A DNA stretch of 64,000 nt from Octopus vulgaris. Its lineage: Eukaryota. Every line of letters starts with the position of its first letter. The first letter of the stretch is position 1. The notes below the pieces were generated by a model. That model was not told where the DNA came from. It saw nothing but the letters and a program-made list of their open reading frames with translations, and searched no databases. The stretch spans positions 95,666,001 through 95,730,000 of the forward strand of contig OX597819.1 of assembly GCA_951406725.2 (NCBI GenBank), read 5' to 3'. The translations under genes were made by a program, and so were the position numbers. Below are positions 26,548-40,262 of the stretch, piece by piece.

Positions 26548-26950
26548 GAGAGGAAAATCGTAAAATATTGAGTTTTCTCGAATTTTTGCTTAATTGGGGG
26601 TGAAATTGAAAGAAATTTATATGCCATGACCGAATGGAATGTACTTGGAAAAATCATAGGTAAACTCCAATTGAAGAAATTGTGTGAGGAGTAAATCGTT
26701 ATGTATTTATTTGTTTCTGTTTGCACTGTATTTTTTTTTGAGTAGTGGTTTAAGGTACACTTGCAAAGAGAAAGTAGGAGAAAGTATGGTAATAGCAGGA
26801 GAAGCAGTTGAAATTAGAGAGGCAAATCGTAAAATATTTACTTTTCTCGAATTTTTGCTTAATTGGGGGTCAAATTGAAAAAACTTTATATGCCATGACC
26901 CAATCGAATCTACTTGTAAAAATCGTAGGTAAATTCCAATTGAAGAAATT
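26548..26950. repeat. Two ~130-bp imperfect direct repeats (26548-26681 and 26817-26950)
   Basis: Both contain AAATCGTAAAATATT...TTTTCTCGAATTTTTGCTTAATTGGGGGT...TATATGCCATGACC...CCAATTGAAGAAATT. Confidence 0.85.
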
Positions 26951-27096
26951 CTATATTGTAGAATTGTATTAAAAAGGAACATGGGAACAGGCAGAGAAAA
27001 TCTGCCTTTTATCATAAGAGATATATATATATGGTAAATGAAAGATGAAATATACAAGAATTATTAATCATAACAATTGTTTTGACACATCTAGCT

Positions 27097-27255
27097 TCAT
27101 TTAACGTCCATTGTCCCTGCTGGCATGGGTTGGACAGTTTGACTAAGACTGGCAAGCTGGAAGACTTGACATGGTTTCTATGGTTGGATGCCCTTCCTAA
27201 TGCCAACCACTCCGTGAGTGCAATGGGTGCTTTTATGTGCCATTTGCATGACCCT
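27097..27255 (-). mobile_element. RTE 3'-tail fragment
   Basis: CATTTAACGTCC...GCATGGGTTGGACAG...GGATGCCCTTCCTAATGCCAACCACTCCGTGAGTG. Confidence 0.85.
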
Positions 27256-27327
27256 TATGTATATATCTATATCTATATATATATATATATATACATACAT
27301 ACACATACATATGAAAAATATACATAT

Positions 27328-27728
27328 AGGCACAGGAGTGGCTGTGTGGTAAGAAGCTTGCTTCCAAATCACATGGTTCTGGGTTCAGTCCCACTGTGTG
27401 GCACCTTGAACAAGTGTCTTCTACTATAGCCTCAGGCCAACCAAAGCCTTGTGAGTGGATTTGGTAAATGGAAACTGAAAGAAGCCTGTTGTGTATATAT
27501 ATATATATATGTATGTATTTGTGTGTCTGTATTCATACCGCCACCATCACTTGGCAACCAATGTTGGTGTGTTTACATCCCTGTAACCTAGCGGTTCAGC
27601 AAAAGAAACCAATAGACTAAGTACTAGGCTTACAAAGATTAAGTCCTGGGGTTGATTTGTTTGACTAAAGGAGGTGCTCCAGCATGGCTGCAATAAAATG
27701 ACTGAAACAAGTAAAAGAATAAAAGAAT
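27328..27728 (+). mobile_element. SINE family A
   Basis: AGGCACAGGAGTGGCTGTGTGGTAAG head through GACTGAAACAAGTAAAAGAATAAAAGAAT tail. Confidence 0.92.
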
Positions 27729-27761
27729 ATATATAAACACACACACATGCGTATATATACG

Positions 27762-27795
<34 letters not shown>

Positions 27796-28775
27796 CACAT
27801 GCATATATATCATACTAACCTACTTAGAGAATCTAACCTTCTCACATTTTGTTATTGCCCACTATAAGGATTTCATACTGCTGACAAGCAGTGAATCAAA
27901 TCAATAAAATTCTGTTGCCAATTATGTTAATTAATGTATTAATATCAGTCATGCAAATGGGTTTGGGGAACTAGGCATATTGTATGACTGTATTCAGAGA
28001 CTGTATCCAGATGAGTAAAATGAACCTGTGCAGCTGGAAAGTCCCAGAGTATGAGTTCACTTCACTGGGTGGGGAGATTCACCAACTCTTGTTTACAAGC
28101 AGACTACTAGAACAACTTTACCAGTAATAGTATTAGATTCATCAGTTTTAATAAATATTTTAGAGTGTATGGGAATTATATTTTTCATCATTATCTGTTA
28201 CATTTGGTTCCTCATTTCATGCGTAATATCAGCACATAACTTAAGAGAGTGTAGAATAGTTCCTAAGTTAAAACTTCTTTTATGTACCATATTTATTTGT
28301 ATGCAATAGATGTTCATGTATAATCAGATCACTATTTTGGGGTTATGAAATGTCAGAAAAATACTTTGGGCATTATACATATTATCTTTTCTTTATGGTA
28401 AGCTTAGAGAAAAGTAGTGTAAGTGAAAATAAAATCAACAGCAATGAGAAAGGTAAAAATATTTAACAACTTACCTTTCCTTAATTTCTGAAACAAATAA
28501 CTAAATGCTTCAAAACAGGTGATTATTCATCATCCTCTTTTTATTTTTTTTATTTAAGAATTTTTTTAGCCAATTGGTCTTTTGAACATTGTTCATTCTG
28601 TATTATGCATCAGTGTTTATTCTGTACATTTTTGTTATAGGACAGACATATATCTCCACTCATAGAGTTCTCTTCTGGAGACTTTCAAATAACTGTATTT
28701 TTGTTTACATTACATTTAATAAGAGAAGTTACCTTTAATAAGAAAATCCTTGCTTCCTGTAGTACTAACTTAACT

Positions 28776-29186
28776 AGGCATAGGAGTGACTGTGTGGTAA
28801 GTAGCTTGCTTACAAACCACATGATTCTGGGTTCAGTCCCACTGCGTGACACCTTGGGCAAGTATCATCTACTATAGCCTCAGGCCGACCAAAGCCTTGT
28901 GAGTGGATTTTGTAGATAGAAACTGAAAGAAGCCTGTCATATATATGTATATATATATGTATGGTGTGTATATGTTTGTCCCCCCAACATTGCTTGACAA
29001 CCGATGCTGGTGTGTTTACGTCCCCATAACTTAGCGGTTTGGCAAAAGAGACCTATAGAATAAGTACTAGGCTTACAAAGAATAAGTACTAGGCTTACAA
29101 AGAATAAGTCCTGGGGTCGATTTGCTCAACTAAAGGCAGTGCTCTAGCATGGCCACAGCTACATGACTGAAATAAGTAAAAGAGTT
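28776..29186 (+). mobile_element. SINE family A with an internal 22-bp duplication
   Basis: Full head and tail; AGAATAAGTACTAGGCTTACAA duplicated at ~29057-29100. Confidence 0.92.
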
Positions 29187-29865
29187 AAATAGTAAATATT
29201 TATAGCAGTAAAGGTGTCAATAAATGAAAATCAGTACTCCGTAATAACCTGTTTTAAAACATTTAATTAGTCTTTTTGATTATGTGTTTTCACAAGAAAA
29301 CATATGTTTAAGGTAGAATATTTTTTAAACTCTTCTAACTTTTGTTAGGCATTTATCAAAAAATAGTTTTTGAATATTAGACCTTAAAGATCTGATAATC
29401 TTATTTTAATTTTAAAAAGAAATTTATGCCATATTGAATGTAATATTAAAATAATTTAATAAAATAACAGGTAGTATTTTTATATAAACTGAATACATAT
29501 ATTAAACAATTTTAGTATGTTAAAATATATGCATTGCAGATATCTATTAAATGATATATTGATTGTTTGACTGAATGTAATGCATTTGTGTTATTACTTA
29601 TTCCAATAGATTATTGAAACAAAATTTTAAGAAATATACGTTCTTATAGTACCATATATGATGAATAGACTGAGGTACATAGTGGTATATAGATAGAAAG
29701 CAAGTACATTTTACTATTTCTATTTTCAGTCTTACATTTTATTTTTGAATTGCTTCAGCATGGTAGTAAGACAGTAAACAATCTTAATTGATTTGATTTC
29801 ACGGGCAGTCATGAAATATATTCAATAACTATGTGCACCCTCTGTAGGTAACATAATTATTCCAG

Positions 29866-30070
29866 TGCAGCATGGCTGTGTGACTAAGAAGTTTGCTTCC
29901 CAACCACATGGCTTTGGGTTTAGTCCAAGTGTGGGCACCTTAGATAAGAGTCTTGTACTAAAGCGTTCTGAGTATATTTTGTTGCTGGAAACTGAAAGAA
30001 GTTGCATATGTGTATATGTGTGTGTATGTTCATGTTTCCTTGTCTGGATATCATGTTATTATTGTAAATA
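29866..30070 (+). mobile_element. SINE family A, degenerate
   Basis: GCATGGCTGTGTGACTAAGAAGTTTGCTTCCCAACCACATG...GGAAACTGAAAGAAG. Confidence 0.75.
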
Positions 30071-31429
30071 AATAACATATAAAGATATGGAAAAAAGTAC
30101 ATATTACGTACAAATAATTATGATTGTTCATTATTATAAGATATATCTGTTAAAAGCCTGTGATTGTGTACAGTGTTATATACAGTTCTAAAAACTTATA
30201 TTTTATAATTTTTTAAACAAAGCACTACATTTTTGATTACATTTTATCAGCTTTTTTATGATTTTTTTGACACTTGCAATCAACTTCAGCATAGTGATGG
30301 AAGAAACTGTTTCCATCAGCATTGAGGTGATATTTGAAAAATTACCTGGAATTTTTTAAAGTAGTGCCTGATGAGCCATGTCCCATACAGCCCACTTCTC
30401 ACAAAAGGTTGTCCATGCCTGTATTAAATTAGAGAGGTTGCTTTTCATGGGATAGAATACACCAAAGGTTAGGATAGATTTACAGAGAGAGTGAAAGAGA
30501 GAGAAATTGAAGAGATTTGGTGAGGATAGGAGTACAATGTGGAAATTTATGCATACAAGAAATAGATTATGGTCTTTATGTTAGTGAAGGGTACTAAGTA
30601 ATATCCAAGCTGAACTGGACATTCTGGATGTTTGCTTCGGAGAAGGAGAATTTTCAGCAGATTTATTTTGTTTCTTTTGTACTTAGTTATAGTATTTTTC
30701 AGTTGAGGAGAAGATGATGAAGAAGAAGCCCTACTCATTTGATGATGTTAATTAATACTTTGGTCCTTTGTATTGGAAGTCCATGGCTGTGGTGAGACCC
30801 CTCAAATCCTGTGCAAGTTGGAGCACCGGTCATGAACTGGAAGAGAAGAGGATATGAAAATATACACTAGCTGTTAGGGTAGACTCTTAAAACATTATCC
30901 ACAGGACTGTGTCCCTGTCCTACGTAGCAGTTTATCTCTGTTGAGAAAACTTTTTCCACTTGTACCCTCTGTAAACAGTGACACAGCAACCAGTGCCTAG
31001 AACAACTAATAACTACCAAAGATCAAATTCGCTCCCAACTACTTATCTCCATTCAATTTTAAATCAATTAAAATTTCAGAATTCCTTTTCTTTCTTCTCA
31101 TTTCACTTTTTGCATCAACCTTCTTTGCGCTTTTTTTTTCTACTTGGTTTTCTCATGTTTTTTCATAGTACACTATCCTGGTTTTTAAATACATCTGACG
31201 TAAAAACTGAGCCTGAAAGTTTGCTTGAAGATTCATGGCATGTTATATAAATTAGGCAATTTAATGTATCTTAAAAGTATGAAACTATTAGTAACACTTT
31301 TGTATTTTATTTTGTTAGACTCAATATTTGGATAAAGAATGTTGATACTCAGTCCTAATACAGTGCAGGTAACCCCAGGATGGGATGTATTTGTGTGTGT
31401 GTGTGTGTGTGTGTGCATACATATATATG

Positions 31430-31805
31430 CAAGCATGGCTGTGTGGTTAAAAGGTTTGCTTCCCAACCATATGCATGGCACCTTGGGCAAGTGTCTTCTA
31501 CTTAAAGCCTTGTGAGTAGATTTGCTAGATGGGAACTGAAAGAAGCCCATCGTATGTGTGTGTGTGCGTGTGTGTGCTTGGGTTTCCTTATCTTGATATC
31601 ATGTGACAGTTATAAACAAATAGCAAATGGTGTCATTTGTTTCCAATGTTCCATGAAAACATATCTGGCCATAAAGAAATATTTCCTTGCTTACAAACTG
31701 GTGAGTGTTGCCAGCAGAAAGAGTGTCTAGCCATAGAAAATCTGCCTCACCAAATTCCATCTGACTTATGCAAACATTGAAAAGTGGACACAGAAACAAT
31801 CATTA
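31430..31805 (+). mobile_element. SINE with family A head and RTE-like 3' tail
   Basis: Head as in family A; tail TCTAGCCATAGAAAATCTGCC...ATGCAAACATTGAAAAGTGGAC resembles the LINE 3' end. Confidence 0.7.
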
Positions 31806-32144
31806 TCAACCTCATATATGTAATATATGTATATATATTGTTAGTTTTCTATACCAGTATAAGTTAAACAAAAGATTATTAATATTGTAACATTGCTTTT
31901 ATAATCTGTGTGTATTTATATAAATATGGTATTCTTAATTCACAGAAAAAAAATATATTTACTGAAAGTGAGACTCTATACTCTAGCAGAATCAGATTTA
32001 TTAATCCATTTGAGTTGTCTGGGACTAAGTTTCACCTTAACGGAGAAAGAAAAAGATATTTAAGCATAAATATTTTAGCTTTCTGGATACATTTCACATT
32101 TGCATGACAAACCTGGAATTTGCTAAAGTGGCATAATGCAGGGG

Positions 32145-32205
32145 GAGACAATGATAAGTGATAGGAGAGACAATGATAAGTGATAGGAGAGACAATAAGG
32201 TGATA
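32145..32205. repeat. ~22-bp tandem repeat, about 2.5 copies
   Basis: GAGACAATGATAAGTGATAGGA repeated. Confidence 0.8.
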
Positions 32206-32499
32206 GAAATAATTGAAGAGACTGTGAATGGTGGATTTCTCAAATAAGTGATAAAATTGGGAGTAATGTGAGAGAGAGAGAGAGAGGAGGGAGGGAGGGA
32301 GAAGTAGACAAACAGGCAGTAATAGAAGAAGATAGATTGAAAGCATAGTGTTGGGAGTGCAATAGAGTGATAGATGTAATGATGAGTGAAACATAGTGGT
32401 AGATCGTGACAAAGATGTTTGATGACAAGGAGACTTAATACGAACATAAATGGCAAGAAAGAGCATGATCTAGATATTAAAAATCCCAAGCACCATCTG

Positions 32500-33340
32500 C
32501 ATCATCATCATCATTTTAATATCCATTTTTCAATGCTTGCTATGGTTGGATGAGTCTTCTTCAGCATGGTGTTTCCCCACTTGTTGCAGTCTTTTGTTAG
32601 CTCTTTCATAAGTTTCAACACTTTAAGATCAGCCTTCATCACTTCTTCCCCTATGTTTCTTGGTACTCTTCTTCCTCTTTGAGTGTTCAGCACTTTACTC
32701 AGTTGACATCTTTCATAAACTCTAGATCAGATTCTTCAAATCCAGTTGTTTTCTCAGCTCATTTATGCTTTCACTCTCACTCACTTAATTTGATTTTCTT
32801 GTATCCAGTTTTCTCAGCTCTTTTGTATTTTGTCATTCATACATACTAACATTACACTTAGAATGCATGCTTGCTTCTTGTCATTCCAGCTTTTTCACAT
32901 CCTCTACATTCAAGGTTAACATCTTATTGTCAAGAGTCATGCAATCTACACTTAACTCTAGAACCTTTTATTTCCAGCAGAGCTAATAGTTCTTTTTCCA
33001 TCCTGTTCTTATTTTGGCAACTATTGTTTCAGAGCACCTGCCTCCACTGCTAATTAAGTCACCTAGATAACAAAAACTATCAACTCCTTCTCAGGAGCCT
33101 TCTGTGCATTGAAGAAATTTATTTCATGTGTACTTTTGTGCATTTGCTATAACTGAAGCCTGTTTTACTTACCTGCTTATTTGTGACCCCAGTGCACCTC
33201 TTGTGTACCCATAGTTTACATTGGGTACTCAGTATGAAATTCCTACCTACTAATCCTAAGCCCATTGAGAATAACCACTTTCCCTGTAGTGATAGTATCT
33301 TGTCTACTTTCCTGGTATTATAGTCACCAACTGTAATAAT
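32500..33340 (-). mobile_element. Degenerate RTE 3' portion including PHD remnant and (ATG)n tail
   Basis: STQCKLWVHKRCTGV, RGRRVPRNIGEEVMKADLKVLKLMKELTKD; CATCATCATCATCAT at 32500. Confidence 0.85.
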
Positions 33341-34360
33341 GAGATTTCTATAATTCATTATCAATGTAATTTGCTGGAAGTGGGACTCATAAAAATAGTC
33401 CTTCCATTCAGCTACCAGTCTTGTTAGTGCTTATGCACAGGTAAATGTTGCTGTCCTGTTGACATGACTAGTCTAAACTTAATTATTCTATCACACACTT
33501 TTACTACTTGAATTATTTTATCTCTCCATATCTCTGCCACAAATGTACAATTCTACCCTCTCTATCATTGTTACTTACAACAAGAATTTGTTTCTGTGTT
33601 CTTTGCCCATAAGTCTAGCTGAAATCTCCTTGTGTTAACTCTTATACCTAGTACATATTCACTCACTTCCATTATATCTAGAACCCCTCTAGTAATGGTA
33701 ATAGGAAGGTAGCTTGGTGTTTTGTGACAAGAAGAGGTTAGTTTCTTGTGAATGGATAGATTGATATCTGTTTTCTACTTCTGAAAGGAAGAAAGCTTAT
33801 GCAATTATTTAATGTCAGTTGATGTGTGTGGTGGTGTGTCATCCAACCAGATGTTTCCACCATTAATTGATTTGCTATTTATCCCCTCATTCATAAATAA
33901 ATTACTGTCTGTAATTTTTAACATGCTGGTTGTTAATCCTAATTTATTATATTTATGACTGGTATATTTGTGTGTTTTTACATCAGAATACTCATTCTAT
34001 CACAAACCACTTTTACATTGCGGGATGAGTGTCTCTTATCATGCCATCTACACAACAGGAGTTTGTCAAAAATGAATCATCTCCTCCACACTTCTGATTT
34101 TATTTGGTGTTACTGCTCTTCTAGACTGATCATCTTCAATGCATTTTGCAGAATCTGTGTCTCATCTGTGTAGATTTTATATAGAGTACTCATACACAGG
34201 TTGCCTTCTCTCCAGCTTGTGAAAACCACATCTCTTCAGTGCAAGCCTGTCTGTCTCCTTGTGGTTGAGAATGGTAAATGTGAAATAGCAAGAGGAGCTA
34301 AAATTTCCTAGATGTTGACAGGTATTAGCAGTAATAACACATGTGTGCACATGTGCATAT

Positions 34361-34394
<34 letters not shown>

Positions 34395-34399
34395 ATGTA

Positions 34400-35974
34400 C
34401 ATATATGCACAGGAACATATTTGCTCAAATAGGAATATGAAGCTAAACTTTGATAAATGTAGGGCCTGAAATGGAGAGGCTGGTTGAGACTGTACAGATG
34501 TGCAACAAAGATACAGGAATGGAATTTGGGATCTCAAAGTGTGTGGTGTTCACTTTGAATTAGGAGAAAAGAGCAGATTGCAGGGGCATAGAACTGCCAA
34601 ATGGAGAGTGAATGGGAGACCCAGATAATGGTGGGTACAAATACCTTTGAAGCCTGGAGCTGGGCAATATCTTGCACAGAGAAATCAAATACAAGGACAT
34701 TGCTGCATATTTGAAGCACCTCAGACTTCGCTTGAAATAAAAAATCAATACAAGGAACCTTGTGACTGTCATCAGCAGTTGGTACACCATAGTGAACTGT
34801 TGTTTGCAGTTCACTATGGTGCATCCATTCTGAAGTGGACATGAGCAAAGATTGACTAACTTGATCACACTACCTGAGAAACATTGACAATGCATATGCC
34901 CTCCACCCTAAGGTGAACATACATGGGCTGTACATGAAGACGTGGCTTGATTAGCATACAGGAGAGGGATGTTAAATGTTAATGATGATGATGATGAGTG
35001 CATCGACAGTGAAAGAAGAAACATTATAATATTTGGTAAACAGTGAGCAAGACCTGCTGAAGTATGCTGCTAATGCAGAAAGATTTACCAACAATGGAAT
35101 TGAGAGAGCTAATGAATTCCTATCATGAATAGCCAAAGAGAGAGAAGAGACACTATTCTGCATGGAATTACATGGTCAGTACCACCATGAAATTAACTAC
35201 TTAGAAGACCAAGAAGCATCTGCAAAGGTGGCCTTAAAATGGGTTCAGAAAGCCTTATCATCACTGCCCAGAACCAGGCATTGAATACCAACTCAGCGAA
35301 AAAGGATATATACCACACAAGTGGAATGAACCTCTGCAGAATGTGTGAGAAGAGGGTTGAAAGTGTGACTCACATCATTAGTAGTTATGAAAGTTTTGCA
35401 CAGAAAGTATACATGTGTAGACAAGCTCTAAACCTTCACTGACTACTGTGCCAAAAGTATGGATATGAGGTAATGGTGCTTGGTGTCAATATACACCAGG
35501 AAAAGTGATGGACAAAAATGGGAAGGGAAAGATCCTCTGGACTTTGACTTCCTGACTGATAAGATGCTGGAGTACTGGAGGCCATATATAGTAGCCTTTA
35601 GGAAGGACAAGCAAGTGTGCCTAATAATCAATGTGGCAGTGCCAGGAGATCATATTATCATGAAAGAGAAAAGATCAACAAATATGGAGATTGCCAAAAT
35701 GTGACAGCTGTGAGAATCAAGCATAAAGGTTGTTCCTGTTGCCGTTGGAGTATTGGGTTCAATACCATCCAACCTGAAGAAACATCTGGACACTTTAGAA
35801 ATGTGCTACAATCTTGGTGTGTTGCAAAAATCAGCTTTATTTGGAACTGCATGCATACTATGTAAAGTACTGTCTGTCTGAAGTCCTTGTGACTTGACAG
35901 ATGGGACAAATCCCTGGTACACACAGTATCTTCAATTAACAACATCACAATATTGGATATTGTGTGACGTCTTC

Positions 35975-36011
<37 letters not shown>

Positions 36012-36012
36012 T
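34400..36012 (+). mobile_element. Degenerate R4/Dong-like non-LTR element (CCHC plus restriction-like endonuclease), ending in (AAT)n
   Basis: ESLIITAQNQALNT...CRMCEKRVESVTHIISS; RPYIVAF...CLIINVAVPGD (RPD...IIDVAVP); VVPVAVGVLGS; YKYL motif at ~34636. Confidence 0.85.
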
Positions 36013-37597
36013 GTATGTCATAATTCAGTTTATTTCAAGATTTCTTGTCAGTAGAGAAAGAACTGATTTCTAACCTAGATCCAAGGCTCCTTCACTGAAA
36101 TTTCACCATCAACAACAGGGTATTTTTGTTTGTTTGTTTGTATGTATGTATGTATTTGTGTGTGTGTGTGTGTGTGTGTGTGTATTCTCATGCATATAGC
36201 TGTATATCTAGACATGCTCATATATTTTTAAATGATAAATTTCTGGAACGTTTTATTGATTTTTACAGTTCCAGTGATTGATTGGATCTGTAGTCTTTGA
36301 ATTAGCTTTCTCCTTTCTGGTTTTGAGAAGCCTAATTTCTCAAGATTGGTATTTAGGCACTGTGTTACATATCCCAGGGCCCCAATACTTACAGGTATAA
36401 ACCTGAACTTGTAATCTGGATAGAGTAACTGTAGATTTCTCAGTAGTTCAGCATAGATGTTCTCTTTTTCACTGATCTTCAGCTTTATGTTAACATCTGC
36501 TGGGCAGCTAATTTCCACAGCTGTGCACAGTTTCTCTTTTTTATCCTAAATCATTATATCAGATCTGTTGTCCTTACATTTTATTGAGGTCTTCACTGGT
36601 ACATTCTACCAGTATTCCTTTTTATTATGAGTGGCTATGGCTTCTACCATATTGTGGGTTCTTATTTCATTGTCCTCGGGATTATCCTTCTGATGGATTT
36701 CATTATAGATTGTCCTAGCTACAACATCATGTCTCATCAGTAGATAATACCATAATGACATGTTCAGACAACTGCTTATGATGTGGGTGATATTTTCAGT
36801 GTGAACTCCACAAAGTCTGCATCAATTATCACATTTTATGGCTTTTCCTCATCTCTATCCCGTTTGTGCATCAGATACTTGGTTGATATTCCCTGTTCCT
36901 GAATTAATACCCTTCAAAGTGGGAGGTAGTAATCTGACTATTGGTCCATGATAGACTGCTTTGATGATTGATGTTACTATCATCACGGAGCTTTCTACTA
37001 ATATATCCATGCATAATCTTCTGTTCATATAGGCTCATCCTTTCATCTGATGATATGTTGTGGTAGAGTCGTGCGACTTCTTTGGGCATGTTTTCTAGGC
37101 TATCAGACAAAGATTGTTGCTCAAGGAGCTGCCTTCCAAGTCTTATGATGTTATTAGCCTCATGTATGCAAACTTGGTCAAGGGATGCTCTTTGACACTG
37201 GATGGTTAAAAGATGTTGCCAAAAAGATATGATGCAACATTCAAAGGCATTTTGGATTGATGTTAAGCCTCTGCTGCCTTATTTTCATTTTAGGTAGAGG
37301 CGGTCTATATCATTGTTTATGTGGAATGTGTGCTTGATAATATTTTTCGGGTTTTCACATCAATGGCTTGGATCTCATCAAGCATCCAATCAAGCAGCCC
37401 AAAGTACTGGCACTGCAAGCACATTGTGGGCAACTGTTTTATCGAATGCAGAGAGTTCTGAGGTTCAAATTTTCTTTATTCGGCTGTAATATTCTTTAGT
37501 GATATGTGTTTTGTTACAGGTGCTATTGTAAGATATATTTTCATCCACCCCTAGATACCTGTAACATTCCTTGTCAGATACAGGAGATACAGTCAAA
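36013..37597 (-). mobile_element. Second degenerate R4-like non-LTR element, opposite strand
   Basis: YRYLGVDE; YEQKIMHGY; CRLCGVHTENITHIISSC; VEISCPADVNI..K..EKENIYAEL...FIPVSIGALG...IQSITGTVKI. Confidence 0.85.
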
Positions 37598-38082
37598 TCA
37601 TTGTATGTATGTATGCATGTATGCATGGAAGTAGGGTTCTTATGGAGGCAATTTAAAAATGAAGTTGTCACTATGTTCCTTGTTAACAAGAAAGTATAAA
37701 TAGTTTTTTAACCTGTTCTTTGGAAAATGGATTTTCATACAAATACTCAAACAATCATCACCATAAAATATTCTTGAAAATTATAATATTCAGGAAATAA
37801 TAAATTATCAATAATTGCTGATGACAAATTATACAAAATTAAATAAGATTCTTAGCTTAGTTGCTTCAAAACTATCTTGTCAAGGTACAAACAAATAAGT
37901 GAATGAAGTTTTCATACAATTATTCAACAGTTGAATTATCAAGAGGAAGTACATATTTTATTTTTGACCTGTCCCAAGGAAAATGGATTTTCATACAAAT
38001 ATTACGCCATAAGCATTTTTGCGAAATTTTTGTCAAACAGTAATTATCAGGAAATAATTAAGAAGTAAATTAATAATGATAT

Positions 38083-38462
38083 AGGCACAGGTATGGTTGT
38101 GTGGTAAGAAGTTTGCTTCCTCACCACATGTTTTTGGGTTCAGTCCTGTTGCATGGCTCCTTGGGGAAGTTTTCTTCTACTATAGCCCTAGGTCAACTAA
38201 ACCCTTGTAGTGGATTTAGTAGATGGAAACTGAAAGAAGTTTGTGTATTTCTATATATATGCATGTGTGTCTTTGTGCTTGTATCTACTCCAACCCCTGA
38301 CAACATGTTGTTTGTTTGTTTATGTCCCAGTGACTTAACAGTTTAGCAAAAGAGACAAATAGGCTAAGTACCAGACTTTAAAATAAGTACTGAGGTTGAA
38401 TTTTTTAAACTAAAACCCTCGGACTAGTGTGACTGCAGTCCAGTAACTGGAACAAGTAAAAC
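38083..38462 (+). mobile_element. SINE family A, diverged
   Basis: AGGCACAGGTATGGTTGTGTGGTAAGAAGTTTGCTTCC...TAACTGGAACAAGTAAAA. Confidence 0.85.
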
Positions 38463-39031
38463 ATAATAATTTATGATGTCCATAAATGGTAAATGGAAAA
38501 TTTAGAGCAGATTTGTACTTCAGATTCTTTTAAATATTGATATTGTTTTATACTGCATTTTTTTAGTTACTGCATAAATATATATATATAATGTTTATCA
38601 TTAAGTTAGTGCAGTTGTCCAAAATCATTTTCTTTAACTACTGTCTAGATGTAAATATAATGTTTATCGTCAAGTTGGTGTAAGTTCGCCAAAATCTTAT
38701 GAGATCAATTTACTTTCATCATGAGGCAAATGTTTTAATACTTGCCTTAAATAAAATATGATAAAGTTAGTATGTATTGTTATTATAGTTTTTCTTTTTC
38801 TTTTTTGGTGGCAGGGAGGTTGTATCAATAATGTAGATTGAGAAATATTGCAAAACTGATACCATTTCTGCCATAGCTACTGCAATTGTTGCTAATCCTC
38901 ATATATATTTCTTTATCACTTGCAGTTTTTATTATTGGTATTCTCTTGGCAAGTTTTGGTCTCAATTCTTGGTTTAAACTGCACTGAGGAAAACCTAAAT
39001 GTGCCAGTTCTCCATTCTCCATTACCTAAAA

Positions 39032-39535
39032 GAAAAGGAGGCCTAACAAAAATATCTGGAGACATGCTCTGCCTAAAAATCACATGATAAAGGTTAATGA
39101 TAACATATTTAATTCAGTAATATAGGGAGTTTTGATGAATTTTAATGGTGAAAAGAAATATCTTACTTTGAATTAAAATTTCTTAGCTTGCTACATAAAG
39201 TCATCTTTGTCTGGCAGTGTTGCTAAAGGATATACTTTGCTGTGGAGGTCTTATAAGAATGGAACATGTTAGGTATTGCCATCTTAATTACCAAACTCCT
39301 TACCCACTGAATTGCCCACATTCTATTTTTAATCATTTTTAATTGAAATTTTGGAGTTACTTTTCTTGTTTTTCTTAACCAAAATTGATCCTTAAACAAA
39401 CGATTTTTTCTTCTCATTACAAGTGTAATTTTAATCAAAATTTCTCCCTTCACTAAATTTCATATGCTAGTACCAAGCTGACTATTTGATTTTCATGCAG
39501 AGCATGTCCCTAAATATTTTTCCCTGGTCCTTTTC
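39032..39535. mobile_element. Old MITE-like element with ~50-bp imperfect terminal inverted repeats
   Basis: AAAAATATCTGGAGACATGCTCTGCCTAAAAATCA versus TGATTTTCATGCAGAGCATGTCCCTAAATATTTTT. Confidence 0.65.
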
Positions 39536-40045
39536 TCAAGTTTATTGCACCCTTAGTAATTACTCACTCCAGTCAATAAGATGGAAATGTGTCTGGAGTT
39601 GTAATTTTATTTTTAATTTTAATTGATTCTCTAAATTAAATTAACATTGGCTCTTCTATTTAATTCTGTTGATTGCTACATATGTATACTTAAAGATATA
39701 AGCTACCATAGCTTGTATAATGAACATACCTGTCCTATTGAGTAAGTTATCTACTACTAGCTGGTTATAAGATGACTTTAAGATTCTGGTGCTAAATGCA
39801 ACATAATTTGTCCCTTCCTTATATTCTATCTTCTGAAAATCAAACTAACCTAGTGGTTGATATTAGCAAGGTGCTAAGTTATGAAAAGTATGTCCTACTT
39901 GTATATGATTTACTAGTCTCTTCTACTGGTTACAACCAATGATCTGTGACTATACTGAAGCACTACTTTCAAGTGTAGTTTCAATGTTGAGAACAAAATG
40001 TAGCACTCTAGCTGGAAGCTGGGAATCTAGACTAATCTAAATATT

Positions 40046-40262
40046 GGTTTCAAATTTTTGTAAAAAGCCAGCAAGTTCAGGTGGAATGGGGTTAAGTCAA
40101 TTATATTGACCTCAATGTTCAACTGGTACTTATTTTATCAACGCTGAAAGGATGAAAGGCAGAGTCAAGCTCAGTGGAATTTGAACTCAGAATGCAAAGA
40201 TGGATGAAATGCACCAAGTATTTTGTCTGGCATGCTAACAATTCTGCCAGCTCACTGTCTTA
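40046..40262 (-). mobile_element. SINE family B
   Basis: ACTGGTACTTATTTTATC...GAAAGGATGAAAGGC...GGAATTTGAACTC; imperfect TSD AGACTAATCTAAATATT / AGACTAAACCAAATATT. Confidence 0.85.

Noticed and set aside
27328-27410. tRNA genes at SINE heads
   Set aside because: Only A/B-box-like remnants continuing into SINE bodies; no complete cloverleaf.
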